Shown here: positions 12,561-26,239 of the stretch, piece by piece
How positions within the stretch are numbered: the stretch's first letter is position 1
How the letters are laid out: each line of letters starts with the position of its first letter
Notes under the pieces: generated by a model
What the model was told of the DNA's origin: nothing
Database searches by the model: none
The model's input: only the letters and a program-made list of their open reading frames with translations
Assembly (NCBI RefSeq): GCF_016432865.1
Contig: NC_067398.1
Coordinates: 182,280,001-182,344,000, forward strand
DNA: 64,000 nucleotides
Source of the DNA: Antechinus flavipes
Taxonomy: Eukaryota
Reading direction: 5' to 3'
Translations under genes and position numbers: made by a program

Positions 12561-12819
12561 CATACTGTAGACAAATATGGACTAAAGAAATACATTTGGA
12601 TTTATTCAAACAAATTGCTACTTCCAGTACTATCACCCCCAACAACCTGAATGAATTTAAAGCCATTTACTAGAGACATCTGGGTAATTTCTTTTATGGT
12701 TTTGCCTCTATAAATAGCAGAATCAAGCTACTAATTTAGGAAACCCAAATGTGGATTCTCCAACATTTGTCTCAAGAAGAAATTTATGAAATAGTAGTCA
12801 AAAATAAAAGAAGACTTTT

Positions 12820-13420
12820 TGTTCACCTTAACTAGGACCTGGGCTCAAATCTGGTTCAGACACTTATTATTTGAATTTGGAAGCAATTTATACTTTCTGC
12901 ACCTCAATTTACTCATGTATAAAATAAGAAGGTTCCATTGGATTGATGTTTATGGCGCTGCCAGTTCTAAATCATTTATCCAGTTCTTTTTATCTTCAAT
13001 AATCCAAATCCTCCAGTCTGGTTGATTATCATTTCCTAAATTTCAAGGTTTGCTTTTGCTATTATTATTTTCTATGGATTTCCTATTTAGTTGCTCTTCC
13101 TTTTCACCATGCCTGGAAATATTTTGTCTTCACTATTAAATCTTTTCTTCCTCTTTATTTAAAATACAGATCATATTTTTACCTCTTTCATGATACTGTC
13201 CATGGCTATCCAAGTCCATATTTCTTCCCCTTCTTGACATTATAGAAATATGAATTGATGAAAAACCACTAGTATTAAAGACCAATGTTTAAATTCCATT
13301 CTAATACTTAGTACCTATATGAGCTTAGACAAATTTCTTAACTTTACTAAGCCTCAGTTTATCCTCTAGCTAATGAAAAGGGGGCAGGTAATTTCTGAGA
13401 TGTCTTCCAGCTTAATGAAT
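12820..13420 (+). mobile_element. Two MIR fragments (~12820-12980 and ~13270-13420)
   Basis: ggacctgggctcaaatctggttcagacactt; gacaaatttctaactttactaagcctcagttt. Confidence 0.6.
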
Positions 13421-13429
13421 CTATTGTCC

Positions 13430-13760
13430 TTTGTTCTTCATTCTTAAAGGGGACTAATGACATCATGAGGGTGATGTCTTGACTTTTTTTTTAAATAACT
13501 TTTTATTGACAGAACCCATGCCAGAGTCATTTTTTACAACATTATCGCTTGCACTTACTTCTGTTATGATTTTTTCCCCTCCCTCCCTCCACCCCTTCCC
13601 CCAAATGGCAAGCAGGTGTCTTGACTTGAATGTAAATTAGATATAAGTGAAATAGTGCACATATTTTTTGGCCTCGTTCTTACCTCCAAAGTCACTGAAG
13701 TCCAGTTGTAAGAAATTAGTCAAGACGAGCAACATCTTCGGATGCATTGGATGTACTTTG
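13430..13760. mobile_element. RTE-derived marsupial SINE interrupted by a short L1
   Basis: ttgttcttcattcttaaagg...gacatcatgagggtgatgtcttgact...aagtcactgaagtccag. Confidence 0.55.
13485..13616 (-). mobile_element. ~130-bp 5'-truncated L1 with 10-bp TSD
   Basis: poly-T then L1 3'UTR; TSD tgtcttgact at 13475-13484 and 13617-13626. Confidence 0.8.
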
Positions 13761-15221
13761 GTTAAACCTTATTACCACATTGTAATTGTTCTCTGATGAT
13801 TTTTTAAAAATATAAATTTTGTCTCCCAATTTAATTGACAAGTTTCTTAGTGAAATGAACTTTATCTTCTACCTTTTTGGACTATTCATATTTTCTGGCA
13901 CATTTTTGGTCATAAGGAGACATGAAAACTCTTACCAACTTCATCATGAGGAAAAGCAAAATAATAGTGGAACCTTTCCTCTGTAGCAAAGCTAATTCAT
14001 TTTCTGCCCACAGGCTATGCGTACTTACATTTTGAGTATGTTATCACACAAGCTTTTGTTTAAAAAGCCTGCTGAAGGGCTAAATTTTTTATAATGCAAT
14101 TTCCATCATCTCTGTTCCTTGATGGAAGAGCATTCTGTATACTTGTATTCAAAATCTGTGAGAATTTGTTTTTTTAGTATTATCAGTCATGACATAAATC
14201 TTTGGAAACAATCACTTTTTCTCCTTGTTAAGTATACTAGGTATTTGGGTGGTAATACTATATGCGGTAGATTCTTTTAGAATGAGGAAATGGTTTTCCA
14301 AATTAGTTATTTTTTTAAGTAATTACTAGACTAATATTCCTACAATATGCTTTTAAGTGCTAAGCAGCAATTTGACCCAATCATTACATACAATATAGAA
14401 AAAAGAAAGAAAAGAAAACTGGTTTATGTGCTCATTTCTTCTTCATTCTCTATATCCTTGGGAATCATGGGACTTGTATCCATTCTGGTTGGGACTGAAC
14501 AACTTAATATTTCAGTTGTGAGGTAGATTGAGGGTATGCTTCATGAAGCAGCAGCTTTTAGCATATTTTTTGTACTATATTATTACCATTAACCCAGATG
14601 CTCTGAAGAGCTGCACCTTTAGTATTTCAAATTGCACTTAGAGTTATTCACTTGGGATCATTACCCAACAACTAGAGGTTCACTTTCTAAACCTCCTAAA
14701 GGATTCCCTAGTGGGCTCCAATTCTGTTATCACTGATATATAAGAAGTATGTTTCTATTAATAATGATATCTTTGTCCATTATGGTAGATAGGTGTCTCC
14801 CTATAAGTCCTATTCAAAGAATGTCAAATGGCTAGTATAACACACAATTGGGTTTTCTATTCTCCTACCTGCTATTCATCTTGATGTGATTTTCTTAGTG
14901 TCTTAAATACTATGGTTCTTTATCAGGAGAGTTTATGCACGATATAGAATTTGATTAGAACAGATTAGGGTTAATTGTGGGAAAAAATCTTATATTTTAA
15001 GAAACTCTTATGGATTTCAGTCAGATTTAAAATGGATAGGCTATTAGACCAAGAACAGATTTCTAGGCAGAAAGAAGAGTCTATACTTCTGTGATATATC
15101 ATACCTGTGACTAAGAAACAGCAAAGAATAGTGGAAAATATACTGGAGTGGGGGTCAAGGGACTTGTAATAAGATCTGCCCCAGATACTCAGTGCCTATG
15201 TTACTGTGAGCAAGGAATAAT

Positions 15222-15516
15222 GCCAGGTGTGTTAGCATGCTACCATAACCCCGTCTATAGGTTGACTAAGGATAGTGGATTGCTGCTCTGTAATAGGATT
15301 AAGCTGATTCAGTGTGCATGTGAAATCTAGCATCAATATGATGAGCCCCTGAGAGGTTGGAACTCCCTCAGGAGAAGCAAACAAGCCCAGGTCAGAAATG
15401 GATCATGTTTGAGTTGATCACTACCTACTACTACATGGAATGATCACTATCTGTAGAATCAATCTATGAGTGACCACTCAACTTCCAGCCTGAGAAAATT
15501 AAAGATACAGAATCTC
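15222..15516 (+). pseudogene. RN7SL: Near full-length degraded 7SL retrocopy inserted in a MIR
   Basis: gccaggtgtgttagc...agcatcaatatgatgagcccctgagag...gcccaggtcagaaatgga...gaccactcaacttccagcctgag; ~295 bp, colinear with 7SL. Confidence 0.75.
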
Positions 15517-15859
15517 CCCCCCAAAAATCTCCAAAACAGAATCTCAGTTGTCCCCATTTATAAATAGTCTACTTCTATTACTTATTTCATAAGATTGATA
15601 TGAGCAGAGCATTTTGTAAGCCTGAAAATATCTAAATGAGTATGAATTATTGCTGAAGTATTATAGATCAACAAAGTTTTGCTACTCATCACATTATTTT
15701 GAGAAGAGGTTCAGAGATAGCATCAGAATGTAAATGTTACAAAATAGGTTTAAAACTCCTCCAGAAAGAAACCTTCTCTATGAGAAATGTGAAGTATCTA
15801 CTTGTTCCTTGTTGAGAGATGTTAATTTAAAAAGGGAAAAAATGAGAAGTCTTAATATA

Positions 15860-17380
15860 TTAGTGAGTCAATAAAAATTTGATAAATGCCTACTATGTAC
15901 CAGACCCTATGCTAAGCATTGAGAATATAAAGAAAGGCAAAGGGTATTCCCTGTTCTCAAGCAGTCTAATAGAAATGGTAACATGAAAACAAGCATGTAC
16001 AAACAAATTCTTTATAAGATACATTGTAATTAATAAACTGAGAGAAGAGAGTATCATAAGGGTGTACTGAGAATGGCTTCTTGTAGAAGGTGGGAGTTTA
16101 ACTGGAAAATGAAAAATGTCAGGGAATCCAAAAGGTAGAGATGAGGAAGGAGAAAATCCCAAGCAAGGAAAGCTGTCAGTGAAAAACCACAAAAACCACA
16201 TAAAAAGCACAGAACGTTTATTATTCCTTATTCAAGGAATCCAAGGAAGCTAGTATCCTTGAGTCACAAAGTAACTGGAAGGGAGTGAGATGTAAGAAGA
16301 GGTATAAATTAGGAAGAGGTCAGGTCAAATGTTTTGATTGTCAAACACGAGATTTTTAATTTGAATCTCTAGGTAAAAGAGTGGCACTGAAGTTTACTGA
16401 AGAGATAGAAGGCAGGTAATATGGTTAAACTTACATTGAAAACCAATTTGGTGTCGGAATGGATATATTAGAGTGAGAAAAGACTTCAAGGTAAGCAGAC
16501 CCACCAGCAGGCCAATGCAATAGTTCAGGCATGAAGTGTTAAGGGGCTTGTACCAGAATGTTGGCAGTGTCAGAAGAGAGGATTATTCAAAAGAAATTGC
16601 GAAGATGAAAATGACAGATATTGGTAACAGATTGAATATGGGAAATAAGGGATAATAAAGAGTTGAGGATTGTGTCTAGCTTGTGAGCGTGTGGGGGGCT
16701 GAGAAGATAATTTTTCTTTCTAAGAGGAGGACAAATTTAAGATGATGATAAGCAGGAGGAGGAGGAAGAAGAGGAAGAAGAAGAAGAAGAGCAGGATGAA
16801 GATAAGAAAGGGAGAAAGATCCAGGGGGGAAATAATGACATGCTGAGTTTAGGATTTCTATTCTACATCCATCCCAAGATGACTGAAATACAATTGGAAA
16901 TATGATCTTGGACGTTAAGAGAGAAGTTGAGACTAGAAAAGTAAATAATAGAATTGTTGGCAATTCATAGTGAACACATAGGAACTGATGAGTTAAGTTA
17001 TATAATATACATAGAGAAGAAAACCCAGAGCAGAATCATGAATGATATCCATTTGTCAGTGTGCCTTGGATAAAAATTCAGAAGCAAAGACTAAGAAGGA
17101 GCTGTCACCCAGCTAAGAAGAAAACCAGAATAGAATTGGGTTCTGGGAACCTAATTGGAAAAGAGTTTCACTGAGAAGAGAGTGATTGATAATATCAAAG
17201 GAATCATTCTTAAAAAAAAAAAAAAAAAGGAATCAGAGAGGTCAAAAAGATTGAAGGAGGAGAAAAGACTTACAGATCTGTCAATTAAGATATTACTAAT
17301 AGCACTGGAGAAAGTAGATTTAGTTGAATGATGTAGTCAGAATCCAGATGTTAGAGATTTAAGAAGAGATTGAGATTCAT
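15860..17380 (-). mobile_element. L2 LINE 3' portion
   Basis: Antisense L2 tail (gagtcaataaaaatttgataaatgcctactatgtaccag) followed by purine-rich L2 body. Confidence 0.8.
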
Positions 17381-19854
17381 AGGTGTTATTCTTTCTTTAG
17401 GAAGATGACCTGCTGCTTTGATCCTGAAGAAATGTCCATCTGTTTTCAAGGCAGAAATTATTTAAATTGGAAAATAAACTGTCATCATTTCATCTCAAAG
17501 ATAACCATATATCTAAAATGGTTGATAGCCTTTTGTTCTAGGTTTTGCCACATGTATGAGGTAGTAGTGTATCACCCCAGACTACTTATGTTTAGTTACC
17601 ATCTTGAAATTGTGTGTTCTGGGAATAAATAGATGTTTCAATTAAAAATGTAAATATTATCGCTAATCATCCTATGGTAATTTTATATGGCATCACCTTC
17701 CACAATATAATTATTATCATGCAGTATTTTCATGAGTTATAAAATATACATAAGTGGTGAATTGTCTTGCTCCCTTGTCCCTAGTTTTGATATCATTGGA
17801 CTTTTAAGACTATTCTGACAAATGATTTCAATTCACAGAAAAATGGTTATATTTTGCTTCTAAAGAAAACTTAAACTAAAATAAATAAGAAATCCCTAAT
17901 TCATATGTCCCCTATTATCTTCCAGGTGACTTGTATAATGTAGATTAGAAGAGGAGTTATTCAGGAAATTTGTTAATGTTGAGGATGAATTGAGTATTTT
18001 TAAAAAATGGATTTACAAATATATAGATATACACACACACATATCAAACTTTATGCAAAGTACTGGATTACCACAGGCATACTATAAATATATATGTGTG
18101 TGTGTGTGTGTATAAATATACGTATATGTATATGTTTGCATTGTGTAGATATATACATATGTGTATAGATGTGTGTACATGTGTATGTCAAAAGTTCCTT
18201 GTTTCAATGAACTTGGGATCTAGATGCGAAGATATAAACTTATAAATTAAATTACAATGCAAATTAAATAATATGAGAGCATAAATACTATGAAAGTTCC
18301 AGTGAAACACAGATCAAGTATCAGATGAATAGTTATTGATAATAAGTATGTTGAATTCCAAGGAAAGTTCAATCACTCATGCTTAGAATTATTTAGTTTG
18401 GCTACCTAGAATGCTATTATTGGAACATAAATGCCTTTAAGGAATTAAATGGAGTGGAATAACATATTCCAAATGAGAAAATGGGAACAAAATTAAGGGG
18501 AATGGAACAAGCATTTATTATGCTCTTATTGTGTGCTAGGCATTTTGATAATCACTTTACAAATGTCTTAAGCTCAGAGGGCAGGAAGTTACATGATCAC
18601 AGCAGTAAACTCTGTATATGGAGGTGTGGGGGTGTGGGCATCTATCTGTGTGTGTGAATGGGAATATGCAGGAGAAAAAGTGAGGATATAATGAGAAATG
18701 CATTTTAAGGATAGAATGTAGAAGATTTTGAATACCATTCTCTTTTCTTTCTTTCTTTTTTTTTTTTAACAAGAAATGAAGTACCATTGAAGATTTTCAG
18801 GAAGATTTATGCTGAAAATAGTATGTTGGAAAAATTAATCTAATAATAATATGTAAGATTAAAATTAAAAGAATAAGTCTGAAGGTAGGAAGATAATTTA
18901 TATGGAGAAGGTTTTTTCAATATTCACTCTCTTTGATGATAAGCCTAGACTAGAATTATGTCAATAAGAGAAGAAGGGAAAGTACAGATATAAGAGGCAT
19001 TAAAAATATGGAAAAAAACTGCAAACTAAAGTGATCATCTTCATGAACTGGGGAATGGGTGACCACATTTTTAGGTATGATTATAGTGAAATACTACTGC
19101 ACAATAAGAGTACATTTAGGGACTAGGAGAATGATTGTTTTATTGAGAAAAAATAGAGAAATGTGGTGGGAGAATTATTTTTGGACATAAGTGGTAAGTC
19201 TGTTTTTAGCCTGTTGAGTTGTTCATTTATTTATTTGTTTTTAACTTGTTTTGTTTTTATATATTCATTTGATCTTACCAGACCTACAATTTTATGAGTA
19301 TTAGGAACCCACAATGAGAAAAAATTCCTCTATCAGAGTTATACCTGCTCTTAACTTATATTCTTAGAGTATTGCCTAGGGTACTAATAAGTTATGTGAC
19401 TTGTTTAGTATTACACTATGTTGAGATTAAGATGATGGATGGACATTCCAATGACAACTTCTAACAAGCATTTGAAGNNNNNNNNNNNNNNNNNNNNNNN
19501 NNNNNNNNNNNNNNNNNNNNNNNNNNNNNNNNNNNNNNNNNNNNNNNNNNNNNNNNNNNNNNNNNNNNNNNNNNNNNNNNNNNNNNNNNNNNNNNNNNNN
19601 NNNNNNNNNNNNNNNNNNNNNNNNNNNNNNNNNNNNNNNNNNNNNNNNNNNNNNNNNNNNNNNNNNNNNNNNNNNNNNNNNNNNNNNNNNNNNNNNNNNN
19701 NNNNNNNATTATCTGGCAGACATGCCAATTATGATTTGAGAATAGAAACAACCTTCAAAGCAAAATAAAGAGAGAAAAGGAGATAATTGTGGGCTGAACT
19801 TTTATGGATATTTCAATGGATATCCCTATCCATGAAGGAAGGAAGAAGAGATAA

Positions 19855-19912
19855 ATCAATATTTATATGAATTTTCATGGCAGATTCTGATATTTTCATA
19901 GTTGCAATACAA
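19855..19912 (+). repeat. 58-bp direct duplication, copy 1 (partner 21613-21671)
   Basis: atcaatatttatatgaattttcatggcagattctgatattttcatagttgcaatacaa; 2 substitutions plus 1 indel vs copy 2. Confidence 0.92.
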
Positions 19913-21612
19913 CAGAGTAGAGATAGATTAGGACTGCTCAAAATTGCCAAAAATACATGATAATATAGTATCACAGAAATCAAGAAAATATTCTTTTTAG
20001 CCTACCAGCTAGAATAACAGATTTTCTAGATCTCAAATTAATAAATATGTATCATAGACCCAGGGCTATAAGGAACTCCAAATGTCATCTCTTCCAACCT
20101 CTATAACTCACTTGCCTTTTTTCCACAAAAAATTTAACTGTTCTTTTTAAGACCCACATTACTAGAGAGGGTTTTTTTTTGTTATTTGGGATTTTTCTGC
20201 CTTTAAAAGTTTTATTTTCTGCAAATAAATCTAAAAAGTAGTCCCTTGAACACTGAGAATATCAACTCTTAGCTAAAAGGCCATTACTGTCTACATTTTG
20301 TAATGCGTTCTCTTCTGGTAACAAGTTCAGAATTTTTAATGGTCCTGGATTCATGATGATTTCTACAGAATAATATAAAACAATTATCAACTACATCTTT
20401 CTAACTATTTATTTAGCTTATATCAGATATTTTCAGTTTATATCCTGGAATTCAAAAATAACATTCTAAAAGATATTCAGTATTAGTAACTCACAATCAA
20501 TCAGAAAAATAAATACTATGTATAAAAAGTATAAGAATTCTTAATTTCAAAATTGTTTTACAGAAAGACATACAAAAAATTTTACTTAGCAAGAGGCTGC
20601 ATCATAAAATATTAGTCAAGTACTAACATAGTCATTAATCCTTCTCTTTAACAAAAGGCAATTTCACAGCCTCATTTACCAACTGGAATATCCCAAGTCT
20701 AGTTCGTAATTGTGCTTTTTATTCATCTCTGTAAATTCCATTTAGGGCTTTTTAGCAGTTTCTTAGCATAAATGCAATGGATGTTGTTAAATTGGATTAA
20801 TAGCTTTTATAAGTAATATATATTACCTATATATTAAACTGGAAGTATTTCAACTCATTGTGGCAATCACTCTTTTAATGCATGCTTATATTTTTAGAAT
20901 TTATTTTATTGTAACTAATATTTTTGCACTGAATAATATTTTGCAACATCTTTCTGTGATGTTGGTTTTATAAATAGAATCATACTGAGAACTGGGGGTT
21001 ATGGTCATTCTTAGCTCACTTCACATTGTTTTGGCCTGAGGCAAGCCTGGGGATGGAATCATTTCAGGTGGGTTAGAACCCAGATAAATAACCATAAAAG
21101 TCTTGCAACAACACTTCTTTTTCCTTTTTTTAATTGAAATTTTCAAGTTCACTTAATGTGGAATGCAATATCATTAAGTTTGTATGTTAAAGAATATTTT
21201 GGAATAATGCATATATTTACTGCCACTATTGAAAATTAGAAGTAGCATTTCACTTTGGCTTCTTCTGACTCAGAAATATAATCCCACAAATAACCATACT
21301 TCTCAGCTGCTTCAGAATCAATAGCAATCTTGGCTAAGGGTGACTGAAGTTGGACATTACACTTCAGAGAGACTCAAAGGATTCCTTCATCATTGCCCTC
21401 AACTTGGAAGCAAGTCACTTTTAAAACATTCCAATAAACGTATTCTAAGAAAAGTTTTTGAAATCTCCCTAAATAGGAAGTTAATGTCTAACTTGATGTT
21501 CACTTAGCATGCTTAAGTGTCTCTAATGGAATTCTGAATTAAGCATTGTGTAGTAAGTGTGGAATTTCAGCTTACTTTTATGTGTTGGCAAGGCTTTGAT
21601 TGTATCTTAATT

Positions 21613-21671
21613 ATCAATGTTTATATGAATTTTCATGGCAGATTCTGAATGTTTTCATAGTTGCAATACAA
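21613..21671 (+). repeat. 58-bp direct duplication, copy 2
   Basis: Offset 1758 bp from copy 1. Confidence 0.92.
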
Positions 21672-22229
21672 GAGAATAGATTTTACAATACTCCATAGAG
21701 GAATCTTGTCTATGGAACTTGTTTCTACTTCGTCTTCTCTATGTATTATCCTCCCACTTTGAGGCTAAAGGATAGATGACATCTCAGGAAACTCTTTACT
21801 TGATATTTTTAGAGATATCAGCAAAGGACAAACTTTTATCAAAATAATAATACCCCAGATTCCATTTGGGTAGATTTATTATTTCAATGATTCACTTTTT
21901 AATGATTTGAACCAGCTTATTACATTTCTAGTTGCAAGTCACTGAAATCATTCTTCAGTGTCTTTTTGCATGGTAGTGACCCTCAAATCTCAAAGGCAAT
22001 ACCAGAAGAAACTAAGATTTGGCACTTCTGCCAAGCTAGAAACAATTTAACTACAGGCCTGCCAACAGACTTTGTGGCTGTCACTTGAGTGACAACCTAG
22101 CTAAGCTCTCATATTTTTGTTACCAGCAGGTTGGCCACCAGGTTATATTTTTCAGCCTCAGGCTTCAGTAGTCCACAACTTAAGGTAAATTCCCATTATG
22201 GAATGGTAGCTTTAAGTACTAGCAGAAAT

Positions 22230-22720
22230 AAGAAAGATATATTGTACAGAACTAGAGAAATGATAGTCCTGCTGTTCTCTACCTGAGTCAGAACACATCT
22301 GGCTTATTGTCTGAAGTTCTATGTGCCAAACTTCAGGAAAAGTATTGATTAGGTGGAAAGCATCCTGAGGAAAACAACCAAAATGGTGAAGAGCTGCAGG
22401 TTCATTCTACAAAAAAAATCCACAAAAATTCTTTCTAGTTGCAAGAACTGGTGATGTTTAACCTGGAAAAGAGAAAACAGTGGGTGAAATAATAATTGCC
22501 TTCAAGAATTTGAAAGATTCTCAAGTACAAAAAAGTATGTATTTGTTCCTTTTGACTACAATGGACAGAGCTAGAAATAATAGGTAGAAGTTAGAAATGA
22601 TTTCTCAATTATTAGCTATGTAAAAATAGAATACACTTTCTGAAGATATAATAATTTTCTCTTCAGTGAACACTGTCAAACAAAGGCTGGATAACAGATG
22701 GATAGGACATGATGGAAAGG
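22230..22720 (+). mobile_element. L3/CR1 3' fragment
   Basis: gatgtttaacctggaaaagagaa; ttgccttcaagaatttgaaag; aaacaaaggctggataac. Confidence 0.75.
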
Positions 22721-23294
22721 CTATGAAGAGGATTTCTCTTTTGGGACTAGTGGACTCTGTTCCAACTGATATTAAATGGCTTTTCCTAAGATTTCACACA
22801 TTCTCACAGCCCCTCATCAAACAAAAATACAATTCCCTGGCCACCATTCCTTTACATGTCCAACCTAAACTTCTTGAAGAGATCATTCATATTTCTTTTC
22901 TATTCATATGTGCATTGTTTAGCATAATCCATATCACATAGTAAATATTTAAAATTTTTTTTTCATTTATTCACATTAAGACATGGAGGATCTGTGTGAT
23001 TTGGAGTACAGAATGTCACAAAACTGCTGAAATCTCTGCTTTTTTGAAATGCCATGAGTGAATGGGAAAATAAAAAAAAATAAAAAAACAAATAAACCTT
23101 TATTAACTGCTTATATCTTCCTAGGCATAAGTTCTGGGATATAGTTTTGATGGGTGGATGATAATTGGTTATTCTAAGCAAGTAAGCAAGGAGATAGTCA
23201 AACAATATGGAGTAGGCATCATATGCTCGTGTGTGTGTATGTGTGTGTGTGTATGTGTATGTATATGTGTTTGAAAGGGAAAGGGATTGCATTC

Positions 23295-26000
23295 TTTTCT
23301 AATTCAATGTTTTATTTTTCTCCAATTACATGTAAAACTATTTTGAAGCTTCATTTTTAAAAGTCAGTTCCAAATTCTCTCTCCCTCCCTTCCAGCCTCC
23401 TCATTGAGAAGGAAAAACAATTTGATTTGCATTATACATGTGTAATCATGCAAAACATAGTTCCATATTAGTCATAGTCCATATAGTCCATAATATAAAA
23501 TAAAACATAACGAAAATAAAAACCCAAGAAAAATAAAATTTAAAAAAGGATGCTTCAATCTGTATTCAGATTCCATCAGTTCTTTCTCTAAGGATGGGCA
23601 GTGTTTTCACAAGTCTTTCAGACTTGTCATGGGTCACTGTATTACTTACAATAGATAAGTCATTTATAGCTGATCACTGCTGCTATTATGATAGCATATC
23701 AGTTCATGGTAAGTCTCTCCAGGTTTTTCTGAGAGCACCTAGCTTATCGTTTCTTATACCACAATAGTATTTAATCACAAACACATACCACAAATTGTCC
23801 ACCTACTCCTAAATTGATAGGTGGTCCCTCAATTCCCAATTATTTGTCACCAGAAAAAAGCTGCTATAAATATTTGGGTATAGTTCCAAATTGCTCTACA
23901 TTATGCTTGAATCAATTCACAACTCCACCAATGATGTATTAGTGTCTCAAAATTCCCACCAACATTTATCATATTCCTTTTCTGTCTTATTAACAAATCT
24001 AACAGATATGAGGTAGTACCTCAGGATTGTTTTCATTTTCATTTCTTCAATCAATAGTGATTGAGAAAACTATTTTATTTCTATGGTTACAAATAGATTT
24101 GAATACTACTACTACTAATGTGAGATGAGGCCTTTATAAGAGAAACTGGCTTCATTTTTTTTTTTTTTGAGTTTTGATTGCCAATTGTATTTCCTTCTAT
24201 CTTTTTTTCCCCTGTCTAATTTATTCTATTCTCCCCTTTCACCCTAACCCTCCTTAAAATGTTTCAGTTCTATTATCTCCCCCAATCCAACCTCCCTTTT
24301 ATGAGGATCCCCCCTTGTATTATTCCCTTCTCCTCCTGCCTTCTTGTAGGGTAAGGTAAAATAGATTTGTATAGCCAATTGAGGGTGTGTGTTATTTGCT
24401 CTCTGAATCAATTCTGATGAGAATAAAGTTATAGGATTCCCTGCCACTTATTCCATGTCCCTATTGACTGTAATTACCCCTTCTTGTAATGTGAGATAAT
24501 TTATCCCATTCTACCTCCCCATTTCTCTTTCCCCCAGTGCATTCCTCTTTCTTACCTCTTATTTAAATATATATCTCATACCTGTGTCCTCTGTCTATGT
24601 ATACCCCTAACTGCTCTAATGGTGAGGAAAGTTTTTATGAGTTTCAAGTATCATTTTCCCATGTAGAAATGTAAACAGCTTGACCTTATTAAGTTCCTTG
24701 ATTACCTTTTCTGGTTTACCTTTTTATGCTTCTCTTGAGTCTTGTAATTCAAAGTCAAATTTTCTATTCAATTGCAGGACTTTCATCAAGAATATTTGAA
24801 AATTTTTTATCTCTTTGAATATACAATTTTCTCCTGAAGGAGTCTTGGTTGTAATCCTAATTCCCTTGCCCTCTGGAATATCATATTCCAAACTCGCCAA
24901 TCCTTTCATGAAGATACTGCTAAATCTTGGCTGTAGTGACTGTAGTCTCACAATACTTGATTTTTTTCTTTCTAACTCCTTGCAATATTTTCTCTTGACC
25001 TGGGAGTTCTGAAATTTTATTATAATATTCCTGGGGGTTTTCATTTTTTGGAATTTCTTTCAGGAGGTAATTTGTGGCTTCATTAAATTTCTATCTGCTT
25101 CTAGAATACCAGATCAGTTTTCCCTGAAAATTTATTGAAAGATGATATCTAGGCTGTTTTTTTTTTAATTGTAGCTGTCAGTAAGTCCAAAAATTTTTAA
25201 ATTTTTATTTATTTATTTAAATGTATTTTTTATTTTTAATTTTAAATTATGCAATTAAATAAAGTAAATTTCTAATAAGATACCTTATATTTTTTCTGTT
25301 TTTTTTTCATTCATTCTTTTGGCTATCTTTCATTGTTTCTTTATTTCTCATAAAGTCATTATCTTCCACTTACTTAATTACAATTTTAAGTCATTAATTC
25401 TTTCAGTGAGATTTTGTGCCTCCTTTTCTACTTGGCCAATTCTATTTTTTGGATAATTTTTTCATTTTATTAAATGTTTGACCTTTTTTGGCCAATTCTG
25501 CTTTTCAAAGCATTCTTCTCATTGGATTTTTGTACCTCTTTTATCATTTGGCCTATCCTGTTTTTTTTATTTGTTTTGTTTCTTGAGGCAAATGGGATTA
25601 AGTGACTTGCCAAGGGTCATACAGCTAGGAAGTATTAAGTATCTGAGGTCAGATTTGAACTCAGCTCCTCCTGACTTCAGGGTCAGCACTCTTTCTATTG
25701 CACCCTCTAGGTGTCCACTATCCTGTTTTTTAAGGTGTTTTTCCTTCAGTATTTTTTTGGTGCCTCCTTAGCCAAACTTAATTTTTTTTTCATTATTTTC
25801 TTGCATCACTCTCATTTCTCTTTCCAATTTTTCCTTTATCTTTTTAAATTAATTTTCAAATTCCTTTTCAAGCTCTTCCATAACCTAAGACCAATTCATA
25901 TTTGTCTTCATTTTAAATATATTAATTTTGACTTTGTTCTTTTCTTCTGAGTATATGTTGTGAGCTTCCTTGTCACCATGGTAACTGTTCATTTTTCTAG
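23295..26000 (-). mobile_element. L1: 3'UTR and ORF2 end joined to ORF1 region
   Basis: ORF 24724-25044 encodes L1 ORF1p-like TPRNIIIKFQNSQVK...LNRKFDFELQDSREA; 3'UTR at 23300-23700; most of ORF2 absent. Confidence 0.85.
25561..25716 (-). mobile_element. WSINE1-like SINE with TSD
   Basis: Antisense SINE; TSD ctatcctgtttttt starting at 25553 and 25718. Confidence 0.85.
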
Positions 26001-26239
26001 ACTATTTTTTGATTTTTAACTCTTTATTAATGTGAGGCTCTCCTTCCAGGGTGAAGGGCAACTATTCCAAGCTTCAAAGATTGAAAGCTTTGGAAACAGC
26101 TGTTGTCAATGCTGACTCATTCACTTCTGAAATCTGCTCCTTGTTTTCTGGGTCCTGTTCTGTACTGGTGTGCCCTGCACTAGACTGTATCTTACTCTCA
26201 TCCTGGTTCAACAAGGCTTTCCTGCCAAACTTTTTAATT

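Noticed and set aside
13936-14071. Two adjacent minus-strand exon candidates (45 nt and 43/40 nt) as a mutually exclusive pair
   Set aside because: Only 48 nt apart with frame-incompatible lengths; at least one is likely chance
14414-14720. Short protein-like frames on both strands (…PTRMDTSPMIPKDIENEEEMST*; …TTRGSLSKPPKGFPSGLQF…)
   Set aside because: Under 40 codons, weak splice sites, no recognisable homology
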